64,000 bases of DNA from contig JAJDEW010000017.1 of the NCBI GenBank assembly GCA_029259595.1, forward strand, positions 1,073-65,072, given 5' to 3'. The position numbers and the translations under genes are program-made. This document shows positions 46,094 to 55,144 of this stretch, in pieces (position 1 is the first letter of the stretch; every line of letters begins with the position of its first letter). The notes beneath the pieces were generated by a model. It did not search any database. It was given only the letters and a program-made list of their open reading frames with translations, and had not been told where the DNA came from. The stretch comes from Planctomycetota bacterium (GTDB lineage: Bacteria > Planctomycetota > UBA1135 > GCA-002686595).

Positions 46094-49000
46094 TCAGTTC
46101 CGCACTGCGGCGAGATCCAGGTTGAACAGCCAGGCCAAGATGGCCTCGATCTGATCCTGGCTCGTTCCGGGCAGGAACTCCTGATACACGGCTTCGTTGG
46201 GTGGGAAGTTGGCGGGCATCGAAGTGCCCGGGTACTTCTTGCCCGGATCGTTGAGCCACTCGCGGGTCCAGCCCACGCGCAGTCGTTCCCGGGAAATGAA
46301 GAGATCGGGCGCCCAAGCGATGGGCCCTTCCGCCGTCGGTGCACCTCCCTGCAGGAAGTGGCACTGGAAGCAGTTGGGGCCTTGATCGGCGAGCCGATGG
46401 ACGTTGTCGAAGAATTCCGGGTTGCGGGCCAAAAGCGGGTCGAGGTAGCTCGGTGAGCGCATCTCGATCGCTTCGAACGTCGGGGTGATCGGACCTTCGA
46501 TGTCGAAGTCCTTCGCATCGCCATAGGACACGAGCTTGGAAAGTCCAGCCTCGGTCTCGACGGTTCCGCCGGCCGCGATTCCCTCGACTTGCCCGGCTGA
46601 CACTCCCGACATCCCCATGGCGGACATCTCGTTCGCGATCTGATCGGGTGTCTTGCCCAGGGCCATGAACATCTCTTTCGCGTAGCGCGCCGGCCAGTCC
46701 TTCTCCGAGCGGTACATGAAGTAGTCGACGACCGCTTCGGCTTCCCCCGGCTCCCACGAGAAGGTCGGCATCCGCACTCGCATCTGCTGGCGCAGCGGCT
46801 CGGGATCCTTCAGGAAGGCGTAGAACCACTCACGCTGGATCTTGGAACCCTCGTCCCACAGGACCGGGGGCGCGAAGGTCCAGCGGATCTTCGGGTACGG
46901 CTCGACGCTGTAGTCGCGCCATTCCCCGTCGACGTCCTGTACGCGTCCCTCACCCTCGGGATCGCCCGTGAGCGAGAACTCCTCGTCGGTCTCGGGGTCG
47001 TAGCCCCAGGGACGGAGGTAGTAGTCCGCCACGATGTCCACGAACGCGCCGCCCCAGGGTGCTTTGGTCTCGATCGAGTCGATGTCCTCGACGACGATCG
47101 TCGACCCGGACTCCTTGCCGAGTTCAGGGTGAGGCCCGACGAGCTGGAAGGCGACGTCCTCGAGCTCGTACTCGGGATCCTCGTCCACCTCACGGATGTA
47201 GTCCTCGTAGCCGGAGATGTAGTCCTGGAAGCCGTTGAACGGCGGGGGCAGAGTCTCGTCTTCGACGTTGATGAACTGACCGTGCGCCGTCAGGCGTCGT
47301 CCGTCCTCCCCCGTGAATTCGATCGAGCCCGGCTCGAACATGTGACAGGCCTGGCAGTTCTTCTGACGGATCGTCTGCAGGCCATGGTTCATCGACACCT
47401 GCGGGGCCGAAGGAACCATCTTGGCGTGCTGGACCTCGTCCTTGACGAGCCCGACGACAAACGTCGCGATCGCCTTGACTTCGTCCTCTTCGAAGTCGAA
47501 CCACGGCATGCGCAACTTCTCCGTCGGGTTCTTCACCTTCCGACGGTCGAAGGAACGGGGCGCGTGCAGCTTCTGCTCGAGCCACGGCTCCCGGTAGTAC
47601 TTCATCTCGAGCTTCTTGTGCTCGTTCAGCTCCTCGGGCCAGTCCGCTTCTTCCGCGATGATCTCGTGCATGAAGCCCCAGTCGAGCTTGTCGACGGTCT
47701 TCGAGGCCCAGGTCGTGAGCTCGGCCCCGATGGGCATCGCGTTCTCGAGACCGGGGATCTCGTGGCACGAGTGGCAGCCCTGGTTGAGGACGTACTTCTC
47801 GCCGACGGCGACCAGCAAGGTCTTGTCGTCCGACCACTCCTCCTGGAAGCGGCGGGTCAGCTCGGAGCGGGCCGTACGGTTGAAGAACCAGCGCGCTTGC
47901 TCACGCAGCGCGGCTTGATCGTACGTCTCCGTCGTCGCCTCCCAACCGTCGGGCACGTCGGTGAAGATCGACTCGGGATCCTCGAAGACGTAGGCGACGA
48001 CATCGGCGGCGTCCTGGTCGGAGAGGCGCAGGTTCGGCATGCGCGTCTCTGGCCAGTAGGCGGTGGGATCCTTGACCCAGCCGTACAGCCACTCGGGTGT
48101 GACCTTCGTCGCGATGCCGCGCAGGTTCGGACCGTGCTCGTTCGTTTCGCGCGCCATCTTCGCGGGATCCACCACGTCGGCCTGCTCGGCTTCGGTGTGG
48201 GGCGCCATGTTGTGGCACGCCAGACACCCCGAGAGTCGGAAGACCTCACGCCCCCGCACGGGATCGCCCTCGACGGGAAGGTCGGTCTCCACGGGGGGCT
48301 GGGTCACGTCCCACAGGTAGGCCGTGACCGCGGCGACGGCGGTCTCGTTCCAGGCCTGGCCGAGGATCGGGGGACCACTGCCCCACTCGGACACGGCGAT
48401 GACCTCGTCGGGAGCGTAGTTCTCCAGGTGGAAGATCTGGGGCATCTTCGTCGTCGGGCGGAAGTCGCGCGGCTTCGCGATCCACGACGAGACGAAGTCG
48501 CGGTTCGTCTTGCTCTGAATCCCCCGCAGCGAGGGTCCCGGACGACGCTTGGTCGGGAACCACTCCACCTTGTGACAGGAGTAGCAGCCGTAGCTCTCGA
48601 AGAGCCGGTAGCCCTCCGTGACCTTCGGCGCGTCGTCCGCGATGAGCTCCATCGAGTCGGTGTGGCACTGGACGCAGCTGGCCTCGATGTACTCGGAGTT
48701 GAGCATCGGGTAGTCCCAGTAGTGCTTCTTGTGCCAGTGATACTCCTCGGCCCACTCGTCGCCCTCGGCCTCGTCGGTCGCGTTGTGATCCGCGCGCACG
48801 AAGTCGAGCGCCTCTCCTGATCCGCGGTGACAGATCGTGCAGCCCATCTCCGCCAGGGAGTGGGGCGACTTGGCGGACAGGAAGAGGTCCAGGCGCGGGT
48901 GCGACGTGAAGGGCTGCGCCTCGTCCTCGAAGCCAGCGCGCTCGATCGGCACGTGGCAGGTCGTGCACATGTCGATCCGCTTCTTCTTGGTGAAGTTCAG

Positions 49001-49729
49001 CTCGAAGGTCAAGTTCTCGAGAACGACCTTGTTGACCACCAGGCTGGGGCCGATGAAGTCGAGGCCCGGGAAGTCACGGATGATGTTCGCGAGCTGGGTC
49101 GGGAAGTCGTCCGGCGCCAAGGTGGCCAGCTTCTTGCGAATGAGGTCGACTTCCTTGGTCGCGGCGCGCACGGCGGCCTCGGCGTCCGTGAGTTGCGCGG
49201 TGAATTCGTCGATCTTCGCGTTCTGAGCGTCCACCGCGGCGTCGGCGATCTGCTTCTCTTTGCCGCGTGCGAAGAGCTCGTCTTCGAAGGCCTTCAAGCG
49301 ATCCTCGGCATAGCCCGGATCCCCGTGCTTGATCCGATGCTCCTCGATGGCCCAACGCTCCCAGTTGAAGTTCTGCTTGGCCTTCTTCTCGGCTTCGGTC
49401 GCGACGAACTGGGTTCCGAGCAGTTCCTTGAGCTTGGTCTCGGCCGCGAGGAGCGAGCTCTTGTTCGCGTCGAGCGCCTTCTTGGCCGCGACCTGGGCGG
49501 CCTGGAGGCGCTTCTCATCGGAGAGAGCCTTTTGAGCCTCGGGCTCGAGCAAGGTCTCGCGCGCCCGCTCGACCTCGATGGCCTGGAACTCGCGCTGGTA
49601 GGCCTTCCAAGGACGGCTCCAGTCGTCGATCACCATCCAGACCGAAGCGCCGAGCAAGATGATGCTCGACACCGCGAACCAGCGGTTCAAGAGGGGAAGG
49701 TGGTAGTGGGTGTCGCCGCGATCAGCCAT
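46094..49729 (-). CDS. Membrane-anchored octaheme c-type cytochrome (1211 aa).
   Basis: N-terminal TM helix (WFAVSSIILLGASVWMVI). Eight CxxCH motifs: CTTCH, CTICH, CVQCH, CYSCH, CLACH, CHSCH, CQACH, CFQCH. Confidence 0.85.
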   Translation of the reverse strand: MADRGDTHYHLPLLNRWFAVSSIILLGASVWMVIDDWSRPWKAYQREFQAIEVERARETLLEPEAQKALSDEKRLQAAQVAAKKALDANKSSLLAAETKLKELLGTQFVATEAEKKAKQNFNWERWAIEEHRIKHGDPGYAEDRLKAFEDELFARGKEKQIADAAVDAQNAKIDEFTAQLTDAEAAVRAATKEVDLIRKKLATLAPDDFPTQLANIIRDFPGLDFIGPSLVVNKVVLENLTFELNFTKKKRIDMCTTCHVPIERAGFEDEAQPFTSHPRLDLFLSAKSPHSLAEMGCTICHRGSGEALDFVRADHNATDEAEGDEWAEEYHWHKKHYWDYPMLNSEYIEASCVQCHTDSMELIADDAPKVTEGYRLFESYGCYSCHKVEWFPTKRRPGPSLRGIQSKTNRDFVSSWIAKPRDFRPTTKMPQIFHLENYAPDEVIAVSEWGSGPPILGQAWNETAVAAVTAYLWDVTQPPVETDLPVEGDPVRGREVFRLSGCLACHNMAPHTEAEQADVVDPAKMARETNEHGPNLRGIATKVTPEWLYGWVKDPTAYWPETRMPNLRLSDQDAADVVAYVFEDPESIFTDVPDGWEATTETYDQAALREQARWFFNRTARSELTRRFQEEWSDDKTLLVAVGEKYVLNQGCHSCHEIPGLENAMPIGAELTTWASKTVDKLDWGFMHEIIAEEADWPEELNEHKKLEMKYYREPWLEQKLHAPRSFDRRKVKNPTEKLRMPWFDFEEDEVKAIATFVVGLVKDEVQHAKMVPSAPQVSMNHGLQTIRQKNCQACHMFEPGSIEFTGEDGRRLTAHGQFINVEDETLPPPFNGFQDYISGYEDYIREVDEDPEYELEDVAFQLVGPHPELGKESGSTIVVEDIDSIETKAPWGGAFVDIVADYYLRPWGYDPETDEEFSLTGDPEGEGRVQDVDGEWRDYSVEPYPKIRWTFAPPVLWDEGSKIQREWFYAFLKDPEPLRQQMRVRMPTFSWEPGEAEAVVDYFMYRSEKDWPARYAKEMFMALGKTPDQIANEMSAMGMSGVSAGQVEGIAAGGTVETEAGLSKLVSYGDAKDFDIEGPITPTFEAIEMRSPSYLDPLLARNPEFFDNVHRLADQGPNCFQCHFLQGGAPTAEGPIAWAPDLFISRERLRVGWTREWLNDPGKKYPGTSMPANFPPNEAVYQEFLPGTSQDQIEAILAWLFNLDLAAVRN

Positions 49730-49738
49730 GGTGCCGCC

Positions 49739-50821
49739 TCACACGTTGAAGAACCATTCGGGGATCCCGACGATGTACTTCAGATTGAAGATCCAACGCG
49801 CGAGCATCTTCATGGGGATCAATCCGAACCAGAGCAGGAAGTGCATGAAGATGTTGAAGCGCATGAAGCCCATCTGCGCGAAGAGCTTCCGCAGCAACGT
49901 CTTGCCGAGCAACGGCGGCAGAACCAGGAAGTAGCCGAGAAGCGCGAGGAGTCCGGGCGCCTCTCGAACGAGCGGGTTGTCCGGTCGTGGCGTCCCTAGC
50001 AGGTCGACCCAGAAGTAGGTCGCGAGGTCGACGTTCACGAGCGGCTCGAGCTTGTGCAGGTCCCAGTACTCGAAGGGTCCGAAGAAGGACCAGTTCGGCC
50101 CCCTGAGGAAGGTCCCCAGGATGACGAAGGACACCCAAAAGAGGATGAAGCCCACCCAGAAGAACGAGACCGCGAACGGACGCTCGTTGAAGGTGTAGTA
50201 GCCGTTGCCCTTCGGGTTCGTGTCCAGGTAGGGGATCGCACACAAGCCGACGATCATCAGGCCGGGCAAGACCACGCCCGCGATCCAGGGGTCGAAGTAG
50301 ACCAGGAGCTCCTGGAGACCGAGGAAGTACCACGGTGCCTTCGAAGGGTTGGGCGTGCGGGCCGAGGCTGCCGGCTCCTCGATCGGCGCGGCCACCTCGA
50401 TCGACCAGATCACGAGCAGCGCCGTGAACAGGATGATGCAGATGAACTCGGTGTAGACGAGGTCGGGCCAGGTGAAGACCTTCTTCCGGCCCAGCTCCGC
50501 TTCCAGCGTCGGTTCACCCCGCTTCGTGCGCTCGTCGTTCAAGACGGCCTGACGCAGGGCCAGCCACGAGAGAAAGATGACCGAAGCCAGGAGGATGACG
50601 ATCGGCACGTTGTCCGGCTTCGTCATGATCTTCTTGAAGTCCGGGTCGCCGAGCGCCCAGACCAAGAAGACCGAGCCCAACGAGAAGAACAGCACCATCC
50701 AGATCGGACGGCTGAAGATCTTCCGGAAGTACAGCACCGCGGCGAGCAGTGCTGCGCTTCCCAGGAAGTAGATCGTCGGCTGGAACAGCCAGTCGATTGC
50801 GGCCTTGAGGGATTCGCCCAT
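49739..50821 (-). CDS. Cytochrome b C-terminal half (bc-complex subunit IV-like), extended to 360 aa with extra TM helices.
   Basis: PEWY-type motif APWYFLGLQELLVY and multiple TM helices. Immediately downstream of the cytochrome b6-like gene. Confidence 0.8.
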   Translation of the reverse strand: MGESLKAAIDWLFQPTIYFLGSAALLAAVLYFRKIFSRPIWMVLFFSLGSVFLVWALGDPDFKKIMTKPDNVPIVILLASVIFLSWLALRQAVLNDERTKRGEPTLEAELGRKKVFTWPDLVYTEFICIILFTALLVIWSIEVAAPIEEPAASARTPNPSKAPWYFLGLQELLVYFDPWIAGVVLPGLMIVGLCAIPYLDTNPKGNGYYTFNERPFAVSFFWVGFILFWVSFVILGTFLRGPNWSFFGPFEYWDLHKLEPLVNVDLATYFWVDLLGTPRPDNPLVREAPGLLALLGYFLVLPPLLGKTLLRKLFAQMGFMRFNIFMHFLLWFGLIPMKMLARWIFNLKYIVGIPEWFFNV

Positions 50822-50858
50822 GGTTCAGCAGGGGTTCTCTGGTCGGATGTCCAAGAGG

Positions 50859-51635
50859 CTAGAGCGGTCCCGAGATGCCACCGTCCTTGCGAACGCGCCA
50901 GAAGTGGATGGCCATCAGAGTCGCCGCGGCCAGAGGAAGGCCGACGCAGTGCAGTACGTAGAAACGTAGGAGCGCACCCTCGCCGACGAAGCGTCCGGCC
51001 AGGAGGCCGAAGCGCGCGTCGTCACCGGCATGAACGAAGTTCAGGCCGCCGAAGGACAGCAGCGAGGCACCCGGCCCCTCGTGGCCGAGGAAGGGGGTCG
51101 CCCGTGCCATGTTGGAACCGACCGTGATGGCCCAGACGGCCAGCTGGTCCCAGGGGAGCAGGTAGCCGGTGAAGGAGAGCAACAACGTGAGCACGAGCAG
51201 GATCACGCCCACGTTCCAGTTGAACTCACGCGGCGGCTTGTACGAACCGGTCAGAAAGACGCGGTACATGTGCAGCCACACCGTGATGACCATCATGTGC
51301 GCGGCCCAGCGGTGCAGCTCGCGCATGATGCCCAGCGGCACGTGCTCCCGCATCCCGAAGATGTCCTGGTAGGCGTACTCGGCCGTCGGCCGGTAGTAGA
51401 ACATCAGCAGCAGGCCGGTGATCGTCTCCACCAGGAACAGGAAGAACGTCAGTCCCCCCATGCACCAGGTGTACGACAAGCGAATGCCGCTGCGCCGCAC
51501 CTTGACCGGGTGCAGGTGGAGGAACGTGTTCGAAAGGACGGCCAGCGTGCGATTGCGCGGCGTGTCCGGGTAGCCGTGGCGAAACACCGACCGCCAGAGC
51601 TGGGTGTTTCGAACGGCTTGAAGGAGCTTCTGCAT
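50859..51635 (-). CDS. Cytochrome b N-terminal half (cytochrome b6-like, four-helix heme-binding domain).
   Basis: TFFLFLVETITGLLLMFYY, REHVPLGIMRELHRWAAHMMVITVWLHMYRVFLTGSYKPPRE, VLTLLLSFTGYLLPWDQLAVWA. Conserved His pairs are present. Confidence 0.85.
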   Translation of the reverse strand: MQKLLQAVRNTQLWRSVFRHGYPDTPRNRTLAVLSNTFLHLHPVKVRRSGIRLSYTWCMGGLTFFLFLVETITGLLLMFYYRPTAEYAYQDIFGMREHVPLGIMRELHRWAAHMMVITVWLHMYRVFLTGSYKPPREFNWNVGVILLVLTLLLSFTGYLLPWDQLAVWAITVGSNMARATPFLGHEGPGASLLSFGGLNFVHAGDDARFGLLAGRFVGEGALLRFYVLHCVGLPLAAATLMAIHFWRVRKDGGISGPL

Positions 51636-51691
51636 TCGGGCTGATGCGGGGGACGGGGGGTGGCGAGGTCCGGTCTCGGATCAGAGGAGGC

Positions 51692-52261
51692 TCACGCGTA
51701 GTAGAGGTAAGCTCCGTCGAGCTCCCACTGCCCCTTCTCTTGCTGGTACTTGGTGTTCTTGTCGATCTGGATCTGACCGTCCTCGGCCAGGACGATGCGG
51801 TAGCGCTCGAGCGGGCGCGGGGCCGGCCCCTCGATGTTGATCCCGGTCTTGATGAAGCCCGACCCGTGGCAGGGGCACTTGAACTTCTCGTCGGCGGAGA
51901 GCCAGTTCGGCGTGCAGCCGAGGTGCGTGCACACCGTCGACAGGGCATAGAAGCCCGTCGACTCGCGCACGATCCAGACGCCGAACGAGGCCGCGAAGCG
52001 CTCGTCGACGGCGTCGACCGCGAAGTCCTCCGGGTAGCCGGCCTTGAACTCCTGCGGAGGCTCGAACAGCACGTTGGGGAACATGAAGCGCCCCATCGCC
52101 CCCAGGACGGCCGCCAGAGCACCGGCGAAGACGGCCCAGCCGAGTCCGAGGACCGACAGGAACCCACGCCGGGACACTTCTCCACGCAGCGGAGCGCGCA
52201 CGAGGCCCGGGGTGGGCTGCTCGGCTTCTTGGGTCTCTACTGCTTCCTTCTCTTCAGCCAC
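51692..52261 (-). CDS. Rieske [2Fe-2S] iron-sulfur protein, Tat-secreted.
   Basis: Rieske boxes CTHLGC and CPCHGS. Twin-arginine motif SRRGFLSVLG. The ORF track's 290-aa version (to 52564) has an Arg-rich, junk-like N-terminus. An internal GTG at about 52261 with an AGGAG box 6 nt upstream (VAEEKEAVE...) is the likely start. Confidence 0.85.
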   Translation of the reverse strand: MAEEKEAVETQEAEQPTPGLVRAPLRGEVSRRGFLSVLGLGWAVFAGALAAVLGAMGRFMFPNVLFEPPQEFKAGYPEDFAVDAVDERFAASFGVWIVRESTGFYALSTVCTHLGCTPNWLSADEKFKCPCHGSGFIKTGINIEGPAPRPLERYRIVLAEDGQIQIDKNTKYQQEKGQWELDGAYLYYA

Positions 52262-52560
52262 GGTTCGCTCCTGTTCGCCATCGCGTGGACGTCCGACCGA
52301 CGATGCGGATCCGGACCGCGAGACGCGCATCCGCCGAGCCCGGGAATCCGGTCGCAAGACGACCGGAGAGGGGGTGGCGGGGGCGTTCGGGGGCCAGGTC
52401 GAGGGCTCGACGTCCAGATCGAGTCTTCGATGCGCACAAGGATGGTGAGGGGCCGCCTCCAAGGCAAGTCCGAGGGACTCCAATCCGACGCTTCTCGCCC
52501 GGAAGGCGCTTCGACCCCTTAGGAAAGCGCAATGCGTGCTCGGCGAACGCCGAGCCGCGC

Positions 52561-53529
52561 TCACTCCCCGGCAAGCAAGCTCTGTGCGATCTCCCGCACA
52601 GCCAGGTCGGGCTCGCTCTTCGCCAGGGCCTCGAGTTCGTGGCGCTCGGGAGTCGCGTCGAGGGACACGAGGGCCCGCAGTGCGAGCTGGCGGCTTTCGC
52701 TGACATCGCGCTCACGCACCCACTTGGTCTTGTCCCGGGCGCGCTCCTGGGCGTACGTCTCGGCCGCGAGCATCTCCTGCAGGACCCCGACGCCGGCGCG
52801 ACTTCCCAGGCGGGCGAGCGACAGGGCCGCGTTCATCCGCAACTCCGGTGATGCCGCCGAAAGCAGGCCTTCGAGGGCCACGTTCGTCCGCTCGGTCGGC
52901 AGGGTCTGCAGCGCGATCGCAGCCGCCGAACGCAGTCCGTCGTCCGGGGCATCCAGCAGCCGGATCAGGGCACCCGCGGCTTCTTCGCGTCCACTCTCGT
53001 CGAGTCGTTCGCCGAGCGTTCCGAGCGCGACCGCGGCGTAGAAGCGGTACTTGCCCTCGGGGTCGACCGTGTCGCCGAGCTCGGTCAACCCCGTCAGGTG
53101 CCGCAGCCCTTCGAGGTCCCCCAATTGCGCCATGAGAATCGCCAACGCGAGCGGAATCGGGACGTCCGCCGAGCGCTCGAAGACCGCGTTCTGGTCCCAC
53201 GCGCGGCGCAGGTCCGGCAGGAGACTCGCGTCGAAGGCTCCGGAGGCGTCCTCCTCCCCTTCCCAATCACGCAGGACCTGTCCGACGAGGTTGAACGCCG
53301 CTTGCTGGCGTTCGTTCGCCCCACCGTGCAGGACCCGATCGAGGTTCTCGCGCGGGGTGGCCTCGTCGCCGGCGATCGCGCCGAACAGCGTGAACACGAG
53401 CACGATCACCATCACGATCAAGGCCGGGACGACGACCAGCGGAACCAGGAGGTTGCGGTAGGGCGCCTCGGCCTGCTCCTCGGGATCGGCCGGAGCGGCG
53501 GAGGGGTCGGGGATTTCGATCTCGGTCAC
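52561..53529 (-). CDS. HEAT/PBS-lyase-like repeat protein with an N-terminal TM helix.
   Basis: Proline/charge-rich N-terminus followed by a TM helix (LLVPLVVVPALIVMVIVLVFTLFGAIAG). Repeated alpha-helical HEAT-like units (RSAAAIALQTL..., RMNAALSLARLGS..., VREIAQSLL). Confidence 0.5.
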   Translation of the reverse strand: MTEIEIPDPSAAPADPEEQAEAPYRNLLVPLVVVPALIVMVIVLVFTLFGAIAGDEATPRENLDRVLHGGANERQQAAFNLVGQVLRDWEGEEDASGAFDASLLPDLRRAWDQNAVFERSADVPIPLALAILMAQLGDLEGLRHLTGLTELGDTVDPEGKYRFYAAVALGTLGERLDESGREEAAGALIRLLDAPDDGLRSAAAIALQTLPTERTNVALEGLLSAASPELRMNAALSLARLGSRAGVGVLQEMLAAETYAQERARDKTKWVRERDVSESRQLALRALVSLDATPERHELEALAKSEPDLAVREIAQSLLAGE

Positions 53530-53551
53530 GGGTGGCTCGGCGGGGCCGCGT

Positions 53552-54769
53552 TCAGCGGGAAAAGGGATGGTCCGACAGGCGTTCCGGCCGCGGCAATTCG
53601 CCCACGAGCGGCGCCACGTAATCGAGGAACGAACGATCGATGTCGTTGTCCCCGGCCAGGAAGGCCTCGTCGAGGTCGCGGGTCTCGCGGGCGACGTTCG
53701 CGAGCTCGGTCACTTCATAGGCGGCCTGATAGGCGGCCCCGTCGCCCATGCGGCGGATGACGATCGAGCCGTGGGGCACTTCGCCTCCCGTCGCGACGCG
53801 CAGTGCCGTGCGTCCGACCTCGCGCGCCTCGCGGGCGTCGACCTCGGAGACGCTTCCGAGGAAGGAGCGCTGGAGATAGCCGAAGGTGTCGGCGCGCACG
53901 CGCAGCTTCTTCTGCAGCTTGGATCCGAGCTTCTCTTTCACCTCGTTCGCGAGGAAGTCCCCCAGAGCACCGCTGCCCGAGAGCTGGACGTTGCCGTGCG
54001 AGTCGCGCTCGCCGCTGTCCAAGAGCGAGTCCCCGTTCGCGTCGTGGATGCCCTCGGAAGCGACGACGAGGCAGCGGCCGTGACGCGTATAGATGCGGTC
54101 CACGTCCGCCAGGAAGTCATCGAGCGAGAACACGCGCTCGGGAACGTAGATCAGGTGCGGGCCATCGTCCTCGTAGCGCCGCGCCAGGAGCGAGGCCGCC
54201 GTGAGCCAGCCGGCGTGCCGTCCCATCACGATGTCGATCTTGATCCCCGGGAGGCTGCGGTTGTCCTGGTTGTCGCCCATGACGGCCTGCGCGACGAACT
54301 TCGCGGCCGAGCCGAAGCCCGGGCAGTGATCGGTGACGCGCAGGTCGTTGTCGATCGTCTTCGGCACGTGGAAGAGCCGAACGTCGTAGTTTTCCGCCAC
54401 CGCGAGCTCGTTCAGGATGTGGGCCGTCTCCGCCGAATCGTTGCCGCCGAGGTAGAAGAAGTAGCGCACGTCGTTCTCCTGGAACGAGCGCAGCATGGCT
54501 TCGCACTCCTCACGCGTCGGCTTCTTGCGGATGGATCGCAGTGCCGCGCAGGGGGTGCGCGCCACGGCCTCGAGGGTCGCCGTCGACTCCTTGCCGAGGT
54601 CGATCAGGTTGCCGTCGAGAATGCCCTGGATGCCGTGCACGGCTCCGAGGACGTGGTCGATCCGATCGGATCGAAGGGCCTCTTCGACGACGCCGACGAG
54701 GCTCTGGTTGATGACGCAGGTGGGTCCGCCGGATTGGCCGATCAGGGCGTTGCCTCGGGGGCTCGACAT
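53552..54769 (-). CDS. pfp: 6-phosphofructokinase, PFK-A family with pyrophosphate-dependent signatures.
   Basis: PFK motifs SGGPTCVINQ, YLGGNDS, PKTIDNDL, MGRHAGW. Asp in the GGxDS position and Lys before TIDND are the residues associated with PPi rather than ATP use. Confidence 0.8.
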   Translation of the reverse strand: MSSPRGNALIGQSGGPTCVINQSLVGVVEEALRSDRIDHVLGAVHGIQGILDGNLIDLGKESTATLEAVARTPCAALRSIRKKPTREECEAMLRSFQENDVRYFFYLGGNDSAETAHILNELAVAENYDVRLFHVPKTIDNDLRVTDHCPGFGSAAKFVAQAVMGDNQDNRSLPGIKIDIVMGRHAGWLTAASLLARRYEDDGPHLIYVPERVFSLDDFLADVDRIYTRHGRCLVVASEGIHDANGDSLLDSGERDSHGNVQLSGSGALGDFLANEVKEKLGSKLQKKLRVRADTFGYLQRSFLGSVSEVDAREAREVGRTALRVATGGEVPHGSIVIRRMGDGAAYQAAYEVTELANVARETRDLDEAFLAGDNDIDRSFLDYVAPLVGELPRPERLSDHPFSR

Positions 54770-54930
54770 CCAGAGTGCCTCCTTAATCTTTCAGGGTGGG
54801 GCCGAGAGAACGGGCGACGAACGTAGCGACGCGGAAGGGCCTGTCAACCGGGGCGACGGCTTGCCTTCGTCTCCGCTCCTGCTATCCTTCCCCGGCCGAA
54901 CGGCGGGGGTCGCCCCCTGCCTCGGTGGGT

Positions 54931-55018
54931 GCCCGGGTGGCGGAACTTGGTAGACGCGCAAGACTAAGGATCTTGTGGGGTAATTCCCGTGCTGGTTCGA
55001 TTCCAGTCTCGGGCACCA
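54931..55018 (+). tRNA. Type II (long variable arm) tRNA, most likely tRNA-Leu. The anticodon loop reads CUAAGGA, giving nominal anticodon AAG, which is unusual for bacteria.
   Basis: Hand-folded: acceptor stem GCCCGGG/CUCGGGC plus A-CCA. D-arm UGGCGGAACUUGGUAGACGCG, collinear with E. coli tRNA-Leu. Anticodon stem CAAGA/UCUUG. Long variable arm. T-arm GGUUCGAUUCC. Confidence 0.8.
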
Positions 55019-55144
55019 TCCAGCCTTGCATGACGCTCTGAAGAGGAGCCGGTGGCAGGGCAGCGACCTCCGGACGGTCTCCGGGAACCTCCGCAGAGCC
55101 TCCCAGGACTCCGTCGAGCCCGGGAACACAGGCGAAGGGATTTC

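Noticed and set aside
52262-52564. N-terminal 100 aa of the ORF-track Rieske ORF, whose GTG start overlaps the stop of the HEAT-repeat gene.
   Set aside because: The extension is Arg-rich, junk-like sequence. A GTG with an AGGAG box lies directly before the Tat signal, and the 300 bp is better explained as the operon promoter region. Coupled expression from 52564 cannot be fully excluded.
54931-55018. Alternative anticodon registers for the tRNA (UAA, UAG, Ser/Tyr identity).
   Set aside because: Only CAAGA/UCUUG forms a 5-bp anticodon stem. That fixes the loop as CUAAGGA with U33 and G37, so the anticodon is AAG. The D-arm and variable arm match Leu rather than Ser/Tyr. I cannot run tRNAscan, so this is kept as a finding rather than asserted.
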